Shown piece by piece: positions 6,728-16,900 of a DNA stretch of 31,090 bases (the first letter of the stretch is position 1; every line of letters starts with the position of its first letter). The DNA is taken from the NCBI RefSeq assembly GCF_000185845.1, contig NZ_GL629647.1:580471-611560 (forward strand), given 5' to 3'. The DNA comes from Segatella salivae DSM 15606 (GTDB taxonomy: Bacteria; Bacteroidota; Bacteroidia; Bacteroidales; Bacteroidaceae). The position numbers and the translations under genes are program-made. Under the pieces are notes generated by a model. The model was not told where the DNA came from. It worked only from the letters and a program-made list of their open reading frames with translations, and searched no databases.

Positions 6728-8932
6728 ATGAAAAAACTTTTTTTTCTATGTGTAACAATACTTTTAATGACGTCAGGAATGAGGGCTGACAATAAGATTA
6801 CACTGAAAGATGTCACTGGACAAACCTTTTCACCTCAATATATTTCAGGGGTTGATCCCATACAAGGAACAGACTTATATGCCAGTATCAGTAAGGATGG
6901 CAAACAGATTATAGAATATGCTTTCAAATCGGGAAAACCAACACGTGTGTTATTTGACATAGCCAACACACAAGGAGAAAGCCTCAAACAATTTGATGGT
7001 TACAGTCTTTCTCCTGACGGAAAGCGAATGTTGATACAGACAAATACGCATAAAATCTATCGCCGTTCGTCTACGGCAGACTATTATATCTATACCATTC
7101 AAAGTCGGAAATTAGAGAAACTCTCGTCAGGTGGGCCTCAACAAATACCGACTTGGTCTCCAGATGGAAATCAAATTGCCTTTGTAAGAGACAATAACAT
7201 CTTCTTAGTTAAACTGCTTTACGACAATGCTGAAAGTCAAATCACAAAGGATGGTAAGTTTAATGAGATTATCAATGGTGTGCCAGATTGGGTTAATGAA
7301 GAAGAGTTTTCGACCAATCGGTCTCTTTGTTTCACAGCAGATAGCCGCATGATATGTTGGATTAAATATGATGAGAGAAAGGTAAAAGAGTATTCTCTAC
7401 AAATGTTTATGGGCAGTCATCCAGCAATGAAGGCTTATGAAGTTTATCCTGGAGCATATACTTACAAATATCCTAAAGCCGGAGAAGACAATGCTATCGT
7501 GTCAGTTTGGGCCTATGATATACAAAGTCATAAAACAAACAGACTGCAAGTACCTCTTGATGCTGATGGCTATATACCACGGATTAAATCTACAAATGAC
7601 CCAAATAAAGTCATTGTGTATACCATGAACCGTCACCAAGATGTATTAAATCTATACGCTGTGAATCCTCATTCAACGCTTTCCCAATTAATTATCAAGG
7701 AAAGTGCTGACAAATATGTAAAAGAGGAAGCTATGGAAGGTATCAAAATCGGACAGAACAGCATTCTCCTACCAAGCGATCGCGATGGGTTTATGCACCT
7801 CTACCTATATAATATGAATGGTAGTTTGATTCGTAAAATTGGTGAAGGGAACTATGATATAACCAATGTTTATGGTTATGATGAGGCCTCTGGAGACGTA
7901 TATTATCAGGCAGCTTCAGTCAATCCACACGACAGACAGATTTTTGTCAGCCATAAAAATGGCAAAACTGAACGCTTAACTGATGCAAATGGCTGGAATA
8001 CAGCTATGTTCTCAGGGGATTATAAGTATTTCTTGAATACATGGAGCAACTATAATACTCCTTATGTTTTTACGATTCGTGATAACAAAGGGAAAGTGCT
8101 TTCAACTCCTGTTGACAACAAGGAACTAAAAGAGAAAATCAAATCATTTGGTTTTCATGGTAGGGAAACATTCTCTTTTACAACATCAGAAGGTATAAAA
8201 CTTGATGGTTGGATGGTTAAACCGGCTGATTTCAACCCACAAAAGAAATACCCAGTAATTCTCTTTCAATACAGTGGACCTGGTAGCCAGCAAGTAACTG
8301 ACGCATGGAGTGCTGGTTCTATGGGCAACGGAGGAGCCTTTGATTATTATCTTTCTCAGCAAGGTTACATCGTGGTTTGTGTTGATGGACGAGGAACAGG
8401 AGGCCGAGGTGCAATGTTTGAGAAGTGTACTTATCTGAAACTTGGTGAATTAGAATCACGTGACCAAGTAGAGACCGCCCTTTGGTTAGGTAGTCAAAGC
8501 TATGTTGATAAAAATAGAATTGGTATTTGGGGATGGAGTTTTGGTGGCTTCAATACATTGATGAGCATGAGCGAAGGCCGTCCAGCATTCAAAGCCGGCA
8601 TTGCGGTTGCCCCACCAACTAACTGGAGATATTATGACACCATATATACAGAACGTTATATGCGCACACCAAAGGAGAATGGAAGTGGCTATGCAACAAA
8701 CCCAATTCAACGTGCAAATAATCTTCATGGAGCACTATTGATTTGTCATGGTATGGCAGATGACAATGTACAACCACAAAATACAATGGAGTATTCAGAA
8801 GCTTTGGTGCAAGCAGATAAGGACTTTAAGGAGAACTTCTATACGAATCGAAATCATAGTATCTATGGAGGAAATACGAGAATACATTTGCTTCGACAGA
8901 TTACCAATTGGTTTAATGATAATTTAAAATAA
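6728..8932 (+). CDS. dpp4: Dipeptidyl-peptidase IV, S9B-family prolyl peptidase, secreted
   Basis: Signal peptide MKKLFFLCVTILLMTSGMRA, an N-terminal beta-propeller-like region, and a C-terminal alpha/beta-hydrolase domain with the nucleophile motif GIWGWSFGG and the acid/His region CHGMADDNV. Confidence 0.85.
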   Translation: MKKLFFLCVTILLMTSGMRADNKITLKDVTGQTFSPQYISGVDPIQGTDLYASISKDGKQIIEYAFKSGKPTRVLFDIANTQGESLKQFDGYSLSPDGKRMLIQTNTHKIYRRSSTADYYIYTIQSRKLEKLSSGGPQQIPTWSPDGNQIAFVRDNNIFLVKLLYDNAESQITKDGKFNEIINGVPDWVNEEEFSTNRSLCFTADSRMICWIKYDERKVKEYSLQMFMGSHPAMKAYEVYPGAYTYKYPKAGEDNAIVSVWAYDIQSHKTNRLQVPLDADGYIPRIKSTNDPNKVIVYTMNRHQDVLNLYAVNPHSTLSQLIIKESADKYVKEEAMEGIKIGQNSILLPSDRDGFMHLYLYNMNGSLIRKIGEGNYDITNVYGYDEASGDVYYQAASVNPHDRQIFVSHKNGKTERLTDANGWNTAMFSGDYKYFLNTWSNYNTPYVFTIRDNKGKVLSTPVDNKELKEKIKSFGFHGRETFSFTTSEGIKLDGWMVKPADFNPQKKYPVILFQYSGPGSQQVTDAWSAGSMGNGGAFDYYLSQQGYIVVCVDGRGTGGRGAMFEKCTYLKLGELESRDQVETALWLGSQSYVDKNRIGIWGWSFGGFNTLMSMSEGRPAFKAGIAVAPPTNWRYYDTIYTERYMRTPKENGSGYATNPIQRANNLHGALLICHGMADDNVQPQNTMEYSEALVQADKDFKENFYTNRNHSIYGGNTRIHLLRQITNWFNDNLK

Positions 8933-8990
8933 GGAAATAACAACATCATAAAACGTTATTATTCTATCATCATAAACAGATGATGTAGAC

Positions 8991-9038
8991 AAAAGCAGGG
9001 ATAAATTGTAGAAAACAATACTCCCTGCTTTTCGTTTC
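8991..9038. terminator. Extended hairpin terminator, probably bidirectional, downstream of dpp4
   Basis: aaaagcaggga (8991-9001) pairs with tccctgctttt (9022-9032). The loop holds an inner ttgt/acaa pairing. A/T runs flank both sides. Confidence 0.55.
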
Positions 9039-9148
9039 TATACAAAACAAAATTCTTTGTCAAGTATCTTTTGAATAAATTTGATGCAAAAAATAAAATG
9101 TTTCGAAAAAAAGAATGAAAAAGTCTTGGACAAATCAAAATGTTTTTA

Positions 9149-9156
9149 TACCTTTG
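9149..9156 (+). promoter_or_regulatory. -7 element TAccTTTG for the tRNA pair
   Basis: tacctttg lies 49 bp upstream of tRNA-Ser. The same tatacctttg context recurs at 25705-25714. Confidence 0.5.
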
Positions 9157-9204
9157 CACCGCATTTAAGAATAATGCTTGGCGAATCGGATACAATCCAT
9201 CAAA

Positions 9205-9291
9205 GGAAGGATGGGTGAGTGGCTGAAACCAGCAGTTTGCTAAACTGCCGTGCGAGTTCTCGTACCGGGGGTTCGAATCCCCCTCCTTCCG
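9205..9291 (+). tRNA. tRNA-Ser, anticodon GCT
   Basis: Acceptor stem GGAAGGA/TCCTTCC. Anticodon stem GCAGT/ACTGC with loop TTGCTAA. Long variable arm. T-arm GGGGG TTCGAAT CCCCC. Discriminator G. Confidence 0.85.
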
Positions 9292-9323
9292 CAGGCAATA
9301 TTCTAAGAGAATATTAGCCAACT

Positions 9324-9395
9324 GGTCGGTTCATCTAACGGTTAGGATACAAGATTCTCAATCTTGGCATACGAGTTCGATTCTCGTACCGACTA
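9324..9395 (+). tRNA. tRNA-Glu, anticodon CTC
   Basis: 72 nt. Acceptor stem GGTCGGT/ACCGACT with one G-U pair. Anticodon stem CAAGA/TCTTG with loop TTCTCAA. T-arm ACGAG TTCGATT CTCGT. Confidence 0.7.
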
Positions 9396-9453
9396 CAAAA
9401 GAGTCCTGCAAATCATTGATTTGTGGGGCTTTTTACTTTATAATAGGATATAT

Positions 9454-10665
9454 ATGGAATCGATTAAAGAGATATTCAAGATAGGAAAAGGTCCTTCAAG
9501 CAGTCACACAATGGGACCACAGAAGGCAGCAAAAATCTTCACGGAGCGGCATCCAGACGCCACCTCCTTTCAAGTAATCTTGTATGGCTCGCTGGCTGCC
9601 ACAGGAAAGGGACATATGACAGACACTGCAATAGAAGAAGTCATGCAACCAACAGCACCTGTTGAGATTATCTGGCAACCTCAAACGTTTCTTCCTTTCC
9701 ATCCAAACGGCATGAAATTTATAGCTTTGAATGATAAAGAAGAACCCACAGAAGAATGGACTGTCTATAGCATTGGAGGTGGAGCACTATCTGAAGGCAA
9801 GGCTTCTGATGATTTCTTTTCTACTAAAGAGGTCTATCCCCTTAACTCACTCCATGACATTATGCGGTGGTGTAATGACAATGGACGCAGTTATTGGGAA
9901 TATGTTGAAACATACGAAGATGAAGATATATGGGAATATCTGTATCAAGTATGGGACGTTATGAAACAAGCCGTGAGATCAGGCTTAGCACATGAAGGCG
10001 TACTTCCGGGTCCATTACACCTTCCAAGAAAGGCCGCCACATACTATGTAAAGGCTACTGGATACAAACCTTCATTACAAAGTAGAGGCTTAGTTTATTC
10101 ATATGCCTTAGCAGTAAGTGAGGAAAATGCATCAGGGGGAACTATCGTTACGGCACCAACTTGTGGAGCCTGTGGTGTAGTTCCAGCCGTTTTATACCAC
10201 CTTTATAAAGCACATAACTTCAGTAACGAACGTATTATCCGAGCACTTGCTACTGCAGGACTATTCGGAAATATCGTAAAGAAGAATGCATCCATTAGTG
10301 GTGCCGAGGTTGGATGCCAAGGAGAAGTTGGTGTTGCCTGTGCCATGGCGTCAGCAGCAAGCTGTCAACTCTTTGGTGGAAGCCCCACTCAGATTGAATA
10401 TTCTGCTGAAATGGGATTAGAACATCACTTGGGTATGACATGCGATCCTGTCTGTGGATTAGTTCAAATCCCTTGCATCGAGCGTAACGCCTTTGCCGCC
10501 ACACGTGCACTTGATGCTCAACTCTACGCATCTTTTGGTGATGGGAGTCATCGTGTGAGTTTCGATAGAGTGGTAAACGTCATGAAACAGACTGGTCATG
10601 ATTTGCCTTCACTCTACAAAGAGACCAGCGAAGGGGGCTTAGCTAAAGGGTATAATCTGGAATAA
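9454..10665 (+). CDS. sdaA: L-serine dehydratase, single-chain iron-sulfur type
   Basis: Start trimmed to ATG 9454, because the longer ORF would overlap tRNA-Glu. N-terminal IGKGPSSSHTMGP motif plus a Cys-rich C-terminal half (CGACG…, CQGEVGVACAMA). Confidence 0.8.
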   Translation: MESIKEIFKIGKGPSSSHTMGPQKAAKIFTERHPDATSFQVILYGSLAATGKGHMTDTAIEEVMQPTAPVEIIWQPQTFLPFHPNGMKFIALNDKEEPTEEWTVYSIGGGALSEGKASDDFFSTKEVYPLNSLHDIMRWCNDNGRSYWEYVETYEDEDIWEYLYQVWDVMKQAVRSGLAHEGVLPGPLHLPRKAATYYVKATGYKPSLQSRGLVYSYALAVSEENASGGTIVTAPTCGACGVVPAVLYHLYKAHNFSNERIIRALATAGLFGNIVKKNASISGAEVGCQGEVGVACAMASAASCQLFGGSPTQIEYSAEMGLEHHLGMTCDPVCGLVQIPCIERNAFAATRALDAQLYASFGDGSHRVSFDRVVNVMKQTGHDLPSLYKETSEGGLAKGYNLE

Positions 10666-10715
10666 AAAATCTGCTTGTAGGCTAATTAGCGTCAGAATTT
10701 GTTGATGAATAAATG

Positions 10716-10757
10716 AGAGAAAGTTGTTCTTATAAAGACTTTACTTTCTCTTTTTTA
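10716..10757. terminator. Bidirectional hairpin terminator between convergent sdaA and the lipoprotein gene
   Basis: agagaaagt (10716-10724) pairs with actttctct (10743-10751), followed by tttttt. A/T-rich on the other side too. Confidence 0.6.
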
Positions 10758-10781
10758 TTTAATCATATTCAATTTATCTTG

Positions 10782-12209
10782 TCAATGATGCTCAAAAGCC
10801 CCCATATCTGGAACTGACTTCCGTCTGATTCCATCATGATCTATCTGAGGGCATGAATTTTTATCTGCCTTTCCGATAACAAAAGCCTTATTTTTGAGAT
10901 GAAAATCATAGTCTAACGCCTCATTATCCACCTTCATAAATAAGTTTGCCCCCATATTAATAGTGTCTTTAGTTGATTCAAAAATAACATCCTTATAATG
11001 TATCTGGTCTTTTTCTTTGGGTTTTGTTGTGCGCAACAAACTATTCAAAAATTGATAGGATAGATTTGAACTACCCTTAGATGGCAATTTTATCTGCTCA
11101 TCAGCAAAACCTGTTATAATACTATTTAGAACCGACAAATGAGTTGGTTGATATTGAGATGAAATATAGAGTGCTTCTCCCCTACTACTATCAAAAGGAT
11201 AATATTGTGCCAATGTACAAGCATTCAAAAGTACATCTGCCCCCTCCACTGACAAACAATTATGCAAAGTGTTAGATAATTGCGTATTAATTAGTTCAGC
11301 TTTACAATTTACTAACCTAACACCATAGCCCTGACAATTATGTATAGTAGCTTGTTCGAGCTTCATTTTTGTTCTATTTATATCACTACTATCACAGACA
11401 ATGCCATTAAAACAACCACGAATATCAACATACGACAAGGTATTTTGATAAGAAGAGCCATAGAAATGTAGACCTTGCCATTGACCACTTACACGGTCAT
11501 AAGGCAGATTTGAAAACATCTTATCCAATCTACTACCACGTAAAAGTACTCTTTTTTCAGATTCACCTTCTATAGACAGCCTTCCCAAAACATCTATTCC
11601 GGCATCATGATTAAAGTAAATGGTCGTACCACCTTTTATCCTTAATGTTGCACCTTCATGTATTTTGATTCCTCGTGAGCATAATATTGGACGCTGAGGA
11701 CTATCTATAATGGTATCATTCGTCACCTCTAAACGATCAATATGTGTTGCTTGCCAAGACCAAGCCCTCAACTTCACCCGTTGTTCTACCCCACTTTCTA
11801 AAGTAAACACCACCTCATCATCAAATTCTTGCGGCTTAATCACATCCAAAGATGGTGCAGTTGCTTCAACAAACACACATAAACTATCTCCATGATAGAC
11901 AGGAATATCATTCACACGGAACCCATTATTATTACTAAGTGGAATCCCATTCACATTGACTCTAAAACCTTTCTGATTGCCATTTGCTAACTTTACACTC
12001 GCGAGTCTCACACCCTTTGTGTTCCTATTATAAAGCCAGAACTCATACGTTGAAGACGAAGTATTAGAAAAAAGCGTATCTAAACTGAGGGTATCTGTAG
12101 AAAATACCAACCGATTATCCTTAGACAAAGAGAATGATTCTTCATTGTTGCAGGAAGAAAGTATAAGAAAAGCACCTATCAAAAGGAAGCCAATAAAAAA
12201 TCGTTTCAT
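10782..12209 (-). CDS. Lipoprotein, putative right-handed parallel beta-helix repeat protein
   Basis: Start trimmed to MKRFFIGFLLIGAFLILSSC (lipobox Cys). Repetitive N/G/V-rich segments (NCQGYGVRLVNCKAELINTQLSNTLHNCLSV) suggest beta-helix repeats. Confidence 0.5.
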   Translation of the reverse strand: MKRFFIGFLLIGAFLILSSCNNEESFSLSKDNRLVFSTDTLSLDTLFSNTSSSTYEFWLYNRNTKGVRLASVKLANGNQKGFRVNVNGIPLSNNNGFRVNDIPVYHGDSLCVFVEATAPSLDVIKPQEFDDEVVFTLESGVEQRVKLRAWSWQATHIDRLEVTNDTIIDSPQRPILCSRGIKIHEGATLRIKGGTTIYFNHDAGIDVLGRLSIEGESEKRVLLRGSRLDKMFSNLPYDRVSGQWQGLHFYGSSYQNTLSYVDIRGCFNGIVCDSSDINRTKMKLEQATIHNCQGYGVRLVNCKAELINTQLSNTLHNCLSVEGADVLLNACTLAQYYPFDSSRGEALYISSQYQPTHLSVLNSIITGFADEQIKLPSKGSSNLSYQFLNSLLRTTKPKEKDQIHYKDVIFESTKDTINMGANLFMKVDNEALDYDFHLKNKAFVIGKADKNSCPQIDHDGIRRKSVPDMGAFEHH

Positions 12210-12226
12210 TAATATTATAACGTAAA

Positions 12227-13402
12227 TCAACGATTTTTATTTTCCATATACCAATGATGTACAAAACAATTATAATAGAGAAATGCCATTAAAACTAATG
12301 CAAACATAACCCACAATGCCATAAACTCTTTGTTAAAGAGGTATGACCAACCTAACGACAAACCTATTGATAGTCCTAACTCTGAGGCTAGAAAATAACT
12401 ACTTTGTGATGTTCCACGTTGACAATGCTTACTTAACTTAATAAAAAACAATTGGAAACGCGAGGCAATTAAACTCACTCCAAAACCTATAAAAGCAGGA
12501 ATCAGTAGATGGACTGACGAATCCTTACGCGTTAAAAACATAAGGATTGCCATAGCAATTGTAAGAAGTCCCGTAATGGTTTCACTCTTTAAGTTAGCAT
12601 TAGCGAAAGCAAACTTCTGCGCCAATAATGCTACAAAGAACCCCACAGCCATCATTCCATAGAATGTGATTGAATGGACAAGCGACAGAAAGATCCCTAA
12701 AACCATAGAAACCAAAATGAGATTCACAAACAAATATTTACCTTGTGGAAGGAAAAACCTGTCTAAACTAAATATGGATAGGCCTTCTTCAGGGGCTTTA
12801 AAAGGGAATTTCACCATATAAATCAAAACCATCGAAACCAAACAACACAATGCAGAACCAATGACAAAGCCCTTCAGCCCGAATAAGTTACTGATAAACA
12901 ATCCAAAAATTGGCCCAAAAGTCAATGCAAAGCGAGAAAACCAAGAGGCTGCATAATTAGCTTCCGTTCGACGAAATGATTCACAGACATCAATAATCAA
13001 TGTGCTTGAGAGAATCATTTGAGATAATCCGAACATAGCACCGAGTAGAAAACACAGGCCAATTATTATCCAAAATAACCATCCACTTTCATACTTCTCG
13101 ACAAAACTCAAAGCATAAATACAAACCATAACTATGCCTATACACAGCATACAGACACGATTGCGGCGATATTTCTCAACAAGATATCGACAAACTCCAC
13201 CCAAAGAAAACAGTCCTACACCAAAAGAAACAAAGGCAAGTGCCACATGCCAATGTGTAATATGCTGTACTTTGATTAACCATCCAGGCACAACTGGAAT
13301 CAACATATATACAGCCATACACAGAAAGAGATTGGATAGCGACAGCATCCAAAACTCACGATGCCACAGATTAATATGTACAGGCGTATTCTGAGTATCC
13401 AT
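12227..13402 (-). CDS. MFS-type multi-pass membrane transporter
   Basis: 391 aa with about 12 hydrophobic helices. Overlaps the downstream gene by 4 nt (operon). Confidence 0.5.
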   Translation of the reverse strand: MDTQNTPVHINLWHREFWMLSLSNLFLCMAVYMLIPVVPGWLIKVQHITHWHVALAFVSFGVGLFSLGGVCRYLVEKYRRNRVCMLCIGIVMVCIYALSFVEKYESGWLFWIIIGLCFLLGAMFGLSQMILSSTLIIDVCESFRRTEANYAASWFSRFALTFGPIFGLFISNLFGLKGFVIGSALCCLVSMVLIYMVKFPFKAPEEGLSIFSLDRFFLPQGKYLFVNLILVSMVLGIFLSLVHSITFYGMMAVGFFVALLAQKFAFANANLKSETITGLLTIAMAILMFLTRKDSSVHLLIPAFIGFGVSLIASRFQLFFIKLSKHCQRGTSQSSYFLASELGLSIGLSLGWSYLFNKEFMALWVMFALVLMAFLYYNCFVHHWYMENKNR

Positions 13403-13406
13403 TCAA

Positions 13407-14225
13407 TCAATAACTTTCGTCTATATTTGGGAAAGAACAAGTTTTAACTTCGCGAATATAGGCCTGAACACCAGCCGTCATACACTTGTTCACATCTGCA
13501 AAATGGCGCAAGAACTTAGGCTTAAACCCTTGAGTCATCCCCAAGGCATCAGCATAAACCAAAATCTGTCCATCTGTTCCACAACCAGCACCAATACCTA
13601 TCGTGGCACAACGAACATTGCGTGTTACCTCTTCTGCAAGTTTAGCAGGCACTTTTTCCAATGTAATACAAAAACATCCAGCCTCATCTAACAGCCGAGC
13701 ATCATTGAGAAGTTTCTCTGCTTCAGCCTCCTCCTTGGCACGAAGTCCGTAACCTCCAAACTTATGTACACTCTGTGGAGTTAATCCTAAATGGCCCATT
13801 ACAGGAATTCCGGCATCAATAATACCTTTAACGGTAGCAATAATCTCTGCTCCTCCCTCCATCTTTAGTGCATCAACGCCTGTTTCTTTCATTATCCTTA
13901 TGGCGTTCTTAACCCCTTCTTCACGACTAACTTGATAACTTCCAAAAGGCATGTCACAGACCACCAAACAATGACTACATGCGCGAACAACACTCCGAGC
14001 ATAATAAATCATTTCATCTATGGTGATGGGGAGAGTATCTGAATTTCCTGCCATGACATTAGAGGCTGAGTCCCCCACAAGGATTCCATCAATGCCTGCA
14101 TTGTCTATAATAGATGCTGTGGTGTAATCATAAGCAGTGAGCATTGTTATTTTCTCACCAGCTGCTTTCATTTCCGCAAATGTTCTTGAAGTAATCTTTT
14201 TCTTCTCTGTAGATAAGTATCCCAT
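13407..14225 (-). CDS. panB: 3-methyl-2-oxobutanoate hydroxymethyltransferase (ketopantoate hydroxymethyltransferase)
   Basis: MLTAYDYTTASIIDNAGIDGILVGDSASNVMAGN… canonical PanB N-terminal region. 272 aa. Confidence 0.9.
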   Translation of the reverse strand: MGYLSTEKKKITSRTFAEMKAAGEKITMLTAYDYTTASIIDNAGIDGILVGDSASNVMAGNSDTLPITIDEMIYYARSVVRACSHCLVVCDMPFGSYQVSREEGVKNAIRIMKETGVDALKMEGGAEIIATVKGIIDAGIPVMGHLGLTPQSVHKFGGYGLRAKEEAEAEKLLNDARLLDEAGCFCITLEKVPAKLAEEVTRNVRCATIGIGAGCGTDGQILVYADALGMTQGFKPKFLRHFADVNKCMTAGVQAYIREVKTCSFPNIDESY

Positions 14226-14278
14226 GATTATTTATTTTTCAGCTTGCAAAAATACATCAAAAACACGACATGTCAAAA

Positions 14279-14932
14279 TTAATGTTTATTAAATTCGACG
14301 TTTAACCACTGATAATTGCAGCCTACATAATTAGGTATTACAATATCAGCATAAGCGCTTATGGCTGTTTCTGGATTGGTTGTAGATAGTCCAACAGTAA
14401 ACTCTCCTGCCCCACGAACAGCTTTTAAGCCATTGAAACTGTCTTCAAAGCCTACGCACTGGGATGGTGTTAAACCAAAAACTTCTGCACCTTTCAAATA
14501 AGGTGCAGGATTAGGCTTACCTTCTGTGAAGTTTTCGCTCGTCAAAATACGATCAAACAAATTCTTAAATGTAGGAACTTTAGCATAGACATTCTCCATC
14601 TTTTGCCTATTACTACTGGTTACAACAGCTGTCTTCACCCCATTGTTCCTAAGATCTGTTACGAAATCAACAAAGCCTTCTATGAACTCAAAATGCATAT
14701 TGACTTCAAATTCATTTAATTTTGCGGTTATCTGTGCTTGTTCTTCTATCCTGTTTGCAAAATACTTGTCATATATTTCCACAAGTGTCATCCCCTTTAT
14801 TTGATTCTCTATTCCTGGGAGTTCAGGATGATACATACTAAATTGTGACTTCCAGAACATCGTATATTGGGGCTCTGTATTAAACACAACACCATCTAAA
14901 TCAAACAAAGCTGCTTTTAGTTCTCTTACCAT
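14279..14932 (-). CDS. HAD-superfamily hydrolase (beta-phosphoglucomutase-like subfamily)
   Basis: Motif I ALFDLDGVVFNTEP. 217 aa. Confidence 0.7.
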   Translation of the reverse strand: MVRELKAALFDLDGVVFNTEPQYTMFWKSQFSMYHPELPGIENQIKGMTLVEIYDKYFANRIEEQAQITAKLNEFEVNMHFEFIEGFVDFVTDLRNNGVKTAVVTSSNRQKMENVYAKVPTFKNLFDRILTSENFTEGKPNPAPYLKGAEVFGLTPSQCVGFEDSFNGLKAVRGAGEFTVGLSTTNPETAISAYADIVIPNYVGCNYQWLNVEFNKH

Positions 14933-14979
14933 TTTTATTCTGTTATTCGTTCACAATAGTTATATCGTTGTGGCTATCC

Positions 14980-15591
14980 CTATTTTTGCGTCTCTAATTG
15001 GTTAGCAATCGCTTGAGAAGGCTTTGTTACAGACTGCTTATTCTTCATTACAAAATCTTTCCAACTACTATAATGTCGCGCATTACTCTCGGGCTTTCCC
15101 ATCTGGAGAAAATGGCAATAAGCAGCAGCAAGCGCATCGGTTGCATCCATAAATCGTGGCATCTCCTCTTTCTTGAGATTCAAAACACGCTGCAACATTC
15201 CAGCCACTTGCTCCTTAGAAGATTGTCCTTGTCCCGTGATAGCCATCTTAATTTTTAATGGGGCATATTCATGAATAGGGATATCTCGGTGGATTGCAGC
15301 TGCAATAGCCACTCCCTGAGCACGTCCAAGCTTTAGCATTGATTGCACATTCTTACCAAAAAAAGGAGCTTCTATCGCTAATTCATCAGGAAGATAAGAT
15401 TCTATTATCCCCGTGACACGTTCAAAGATATGACCAAGACGCAAATAAGGGTCTGGCATTTTTCGAAGATCAATTACCCCCATTGCCTCCATTTTCGCCC
15501 TATTTCCTTGTACACGGAGTACTCCATAGCCCATAAGATTCGTACCAGGGTCTATGCCTAAGATAATCTTTTCTGTCTTCTGAATCGTCAT
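14980..15591 (-). CDS. ruvC: Crossover junction endodeoxyribonuclease RuvC
   Basis: [19 protein letters not shown]-terminal catalytic region; about 200 aa with a basic C-terminal tail. Confidence 0.85.
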   Translation of the reverse strand: MTIQKTEKIILGIDPGTNLMGYGVLRVQGNRAKMEAMGVIDLRKMPDPYLRLGHIFERVTGIIESYLPDELAIEAPFFGKNVQSMLKLGRAQGVAIAAAIHRDIPIHEYAPLKIKMAITGQGQSSKEQVAGMLQRVLNLKKEEMPRFMDATDALAAAYCHFLQMGKPESNARHYSSWKDFVMKNKQSVTKPSQAIANQLETQK

Positions 15592-15594
15592 AGG

Positions 15595-16239
15595 CTAACG
15601 ATCTAAATAAGGATTACTTGCAAGTTCGGCTCCAATTGTTGTCTCTGGGCCATGTCCGGGGTATACTCTTGTCGTATCAGGAAGCTGACAAATCATGCGA
15701 AGGCTTTGAATCATCTGAAACATTGAGCCTCCTTCAAAGTCTGTTCTGCCTATAGAACGCTGAAAAAGGGTATCACCAGAGAAGGCCACATGCTCTTCTT
15801 CGTCATAAAAAAAGACACTACCACGTGAATGACCGGGAGTCTCTATCACTGTAAAGGCATGAGAACCAAAAGACACTTTATCGTTATCATGAAGATATTT
15901 ACCAACAGAAGGAAAATCATCTTGAAGCTTAATACCCGTCATTTGAAGTGCCTGCTGTGCCAACTTAGCCATTAAAGACTTGTCATTCTCATGCACTTCA
16001 ACTTTCAGTCCATATTCTTTATAAACCATTACATTGCCAAAATTATGATCAATATGACCATGTGTAGCCAGCAAATGAACAGGAGTTAATTCCTCACTAA
16101 CAATATAATCCCGAATAAGAGAGAACTCTTCTTCATCCATTGCACCACAATCTATGATGACACATTCATTGGTTTCATCGCTAACAACATAACAGTTTTC
16201 CTGCAACATGTTGCATATAAATCGTTTGATTCTAAGCAT
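15595..16239 (-). CDS. MBL-fold metallo-hydrolase
   Basis: HxHxDH motif (LLATHGHIDHNFG) plus downstream His/Asp ligands. Confidence 0.8.
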   Translation of the reverse strand: MLRIKRFICNMLQENCYVVSDETNECVIIDCGAMDEEEFSLIRDYIVSEELTPVHLLATHGHIDHNFGNVMVYKEYGLKVEVHENDKSLMAKLAQQALQMTGIKLQDDFPSVGKYLHDNDKVSFGSHAFTVIETPGHSRGSVFFYDEEEHVAFSGDTLFQRSIGRTDFEGGSMFQMIQSLRMICQLPDTTRVYPGHGPETTIGAELASNPYLDR

Positions 16240-16240
16240 A

Positions 16241-16870
16241 TTATCCTATTGGAACATAAATAATTTTCTTATTTTCACGATACCATTCTTCATCAAAGAA
16301 ATCATTTAAGGGGTAAACTTCAACGATATTCTTAAATGGTTTGAGTTCTTCATGAAGATCACCTCCCTTTAAACACAGCAGTCCATTGGGCAAAGCATTA
16401 TGCTGTTCCTTACGAATGTTCTTGCGAATTAACTTCATTAAATCAGGTAAAGGCATCACTGCACGACTCACAACAAAATCAAATTTACGTGTTTCTTCCT
16501 CTCCCCTACGCTGTAACGCCTCTACATTCGTAAGACCGATTGCCTTAGAAATCTCGGTTGCTACACGTATTTTCTTCCCTATACCATCAATTAAATGGAA
16601 TCTACATTGAGGGAACATGATTGCTAATGGAATACCAGGAAACCCACCACCTGTACCAAAATCCAAAATCTCTGTACTTGGTTTAAAGCGTAAAACCTTT
16701 GCAATTGCTAAGGAATGTAACACGTGATGTTCATACAAATTGTCGATATCTTTACGCGAAATCACATTTATCTTGCTGTTCCAATCACGATAAAGTGCAT
16801 CAAGCATCTCATATTGTTGGCACTGCAAATCGGTGAGATCGGGGAAATACTTCGTGATAATATCTATCAT
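16241..16870 (-). CDS. rsmG: 16S rRNA (guanine527-N7)-methyltransferase
   Basis: SAM-binding motif ILDFGTGGGFPGIPLAI. 209 aa. First gene of a minus-strand rsmG-MBL-ruvC string. Confidence 0.85.
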   Translation of the reverse strand: MIDIITKYFPDLTDLQCQQYEMLDALYRDWNSKINVISRKDIDNLYEHHVLHSLAIAKVLRFKPSTEILDFGTGGGFPGIPLAIMFPQCRFHLIDGIGKKIRVATEISKAIGLTNVEALQRRGEEETRKFDFVVSRAVMPLPDLMKLIRKNIRKEQHNALPNGLLCLKGGDLHEELKPFKNIVEVYPLNDFFDEEWYRENKKIIYVPIG

Positions 16871-16892
16871 TTTTGTTATTGATTTGATAATG

Positions 16893-16900
16893 CAAAAGTA
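16893..16900 (-). promoter_or_regulatory. -7 element (minus-strand TActTTTG) for rsmG
   Basis: The plus strand reads caaaagta; its reverse complement is tacttttg, 23 bp upstream of the rsmG start. Confidence 0.45.

Noticed and set aside
8959-9321. 120-aa minus-strand ORF
   Set aside because: It lies antisense across the tRNA-Ser gene and the terminator/promoter spacer. Low-complexity translation with no motif.
9364-9453. Longer 5' extension of the serine dehydratase ORF
   Set aside because: It would overlap tRNA-Glu (9324-9395). The conserved N-terminus begins at MESIKEIFKIGKGPSSSH, so the ATG at 9454 was chosen.
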